From contig NC_135660.1 in the NCBI RefSeq assembly GCF_964188315.1, forward strand, positions 95,790,001-95,854,000: a DNA stretch of 64,000 nt. Reading direction: 5' to 3'. Positions 63,444-64,000 of the stretch are shown piece after piece. Under the pieces are notes generated by a model. It saw nothing but the letters and a program-made list of their open reading frames with translations. It searched no databases and was not told the origin of the DNA. Every line of letters starts with the position of its first letter. The stretch's first letter is position 1. Origin of the DNA: Podarcis muralis. Lineage: Eukaryota. The position numbers and the translations under genes are program-made.

Positions 63444-63448
<5 letters not shown>
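62999..63448. mobile_element. Old AT-rich MITE containing an (AAT)n array; (AC)n follows at 63447-63478
   Basis: taggga...catcctta termini; interior resembles 27594-27965. Confidence 0.45.
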
Positions 63449-63481
<33 letters not shown>

Positions 63482-64000
63482 TTTTTCTTTTTTCTTTTTT
63501 GCAGTTTTTCCTTTTTTTGACAAAAAGGTTCTTAATCTTTAGACCGGCAGCTTTCACTGTAAAAATCTTAAGCTCAGCAAATTTCAATATTAGGGGCAGA
63601 CAGATAGATGTTTTTGTCCAACTCCCTCCACTTCTCTCCGCAAGGAAATAAATGGTTGTATTCCCTTTATGCAGAGCTGAGGTTTTTTAAAAGAGAGAGA
63701 GAGAAATGTTATGGGATGTTTTCGTCATGTCCTTGCTTTTTATTCAGTTTTGTAAAGCTTCTTGATGTTTATACCATACTCTCTGTGGCTTTAAAAAAAA
63801 AAAAAAAAACTAAGTGGGAAAATAACCATGCCAAGTTCTCCAGAGACATTGTCCTTAAGCTGCTGAGTACTATAGAAGTTGAGTGAGTATTCAGTGAGAG
63901 AGAGAGAGAGAGGGAATGCCCTCATAATTTCACAGCCTTTGGGATGGGAAACATGGCCTTGATCCTCAGTCGTACAGCACTTTCTAGCAATATTTTTTAG

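Noticed and set aside
63975-64000. Window ends in tattttttAG, a possible acceptor for the next SEMA3A exon
   Set aside because: No downstream sequence to test it. I found no exon 7 peptide (DPKFISAHLI-like) inside the window.

Overview
This is vertebrate (squamate reptile, most likely a lacertid lizard) genomic DNA lying entirely inside the semaphorin-3A gene. Four coding exons are on the + strand: 591-653, 16718-16837, 49134-49227 and 57236-57355. All have AG/GT boundaries and splice in frame, and they match the exon 3-6 sizes (63/120/94/120 bp) I recall for amniote SEMA3A. The rest is intron, densely filled with squamate repeats: Sauria SINEs, MIR/Ther1-derived SINEs, Bov-B (RTE), CR1, L2, L1 and Rex1/Babar LINE fragments, Penelope-like termini, solo LTRs, a Gypsy 3' end, Tc1/mariner and hAT MITEs, microsatellites and two assembly gaps. 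Apart from the TE-derived ORFs and the ORF overlapping exon 6, the ORF track is chance or repeat noise. The best second-look signal is a set of Penelope-derived minimal type I hammerhead ribozyme folds. Two of them (14269-14308 and 47576-47617) are in sense orientation within SEMA3A introns. The ribozyme class is known; only its occurrence at this locus may be unreported. Other items are a Gypsy fragment inside a DNA transposon, MITEs with internal minisatellites or hairpins, an isolated perfect 18-bp hairpin and candidate conserved enhancers. I found no evidence of a wholly new protein-coding system. Repeat family names come from my recall of consensus sequences, not from a database search.
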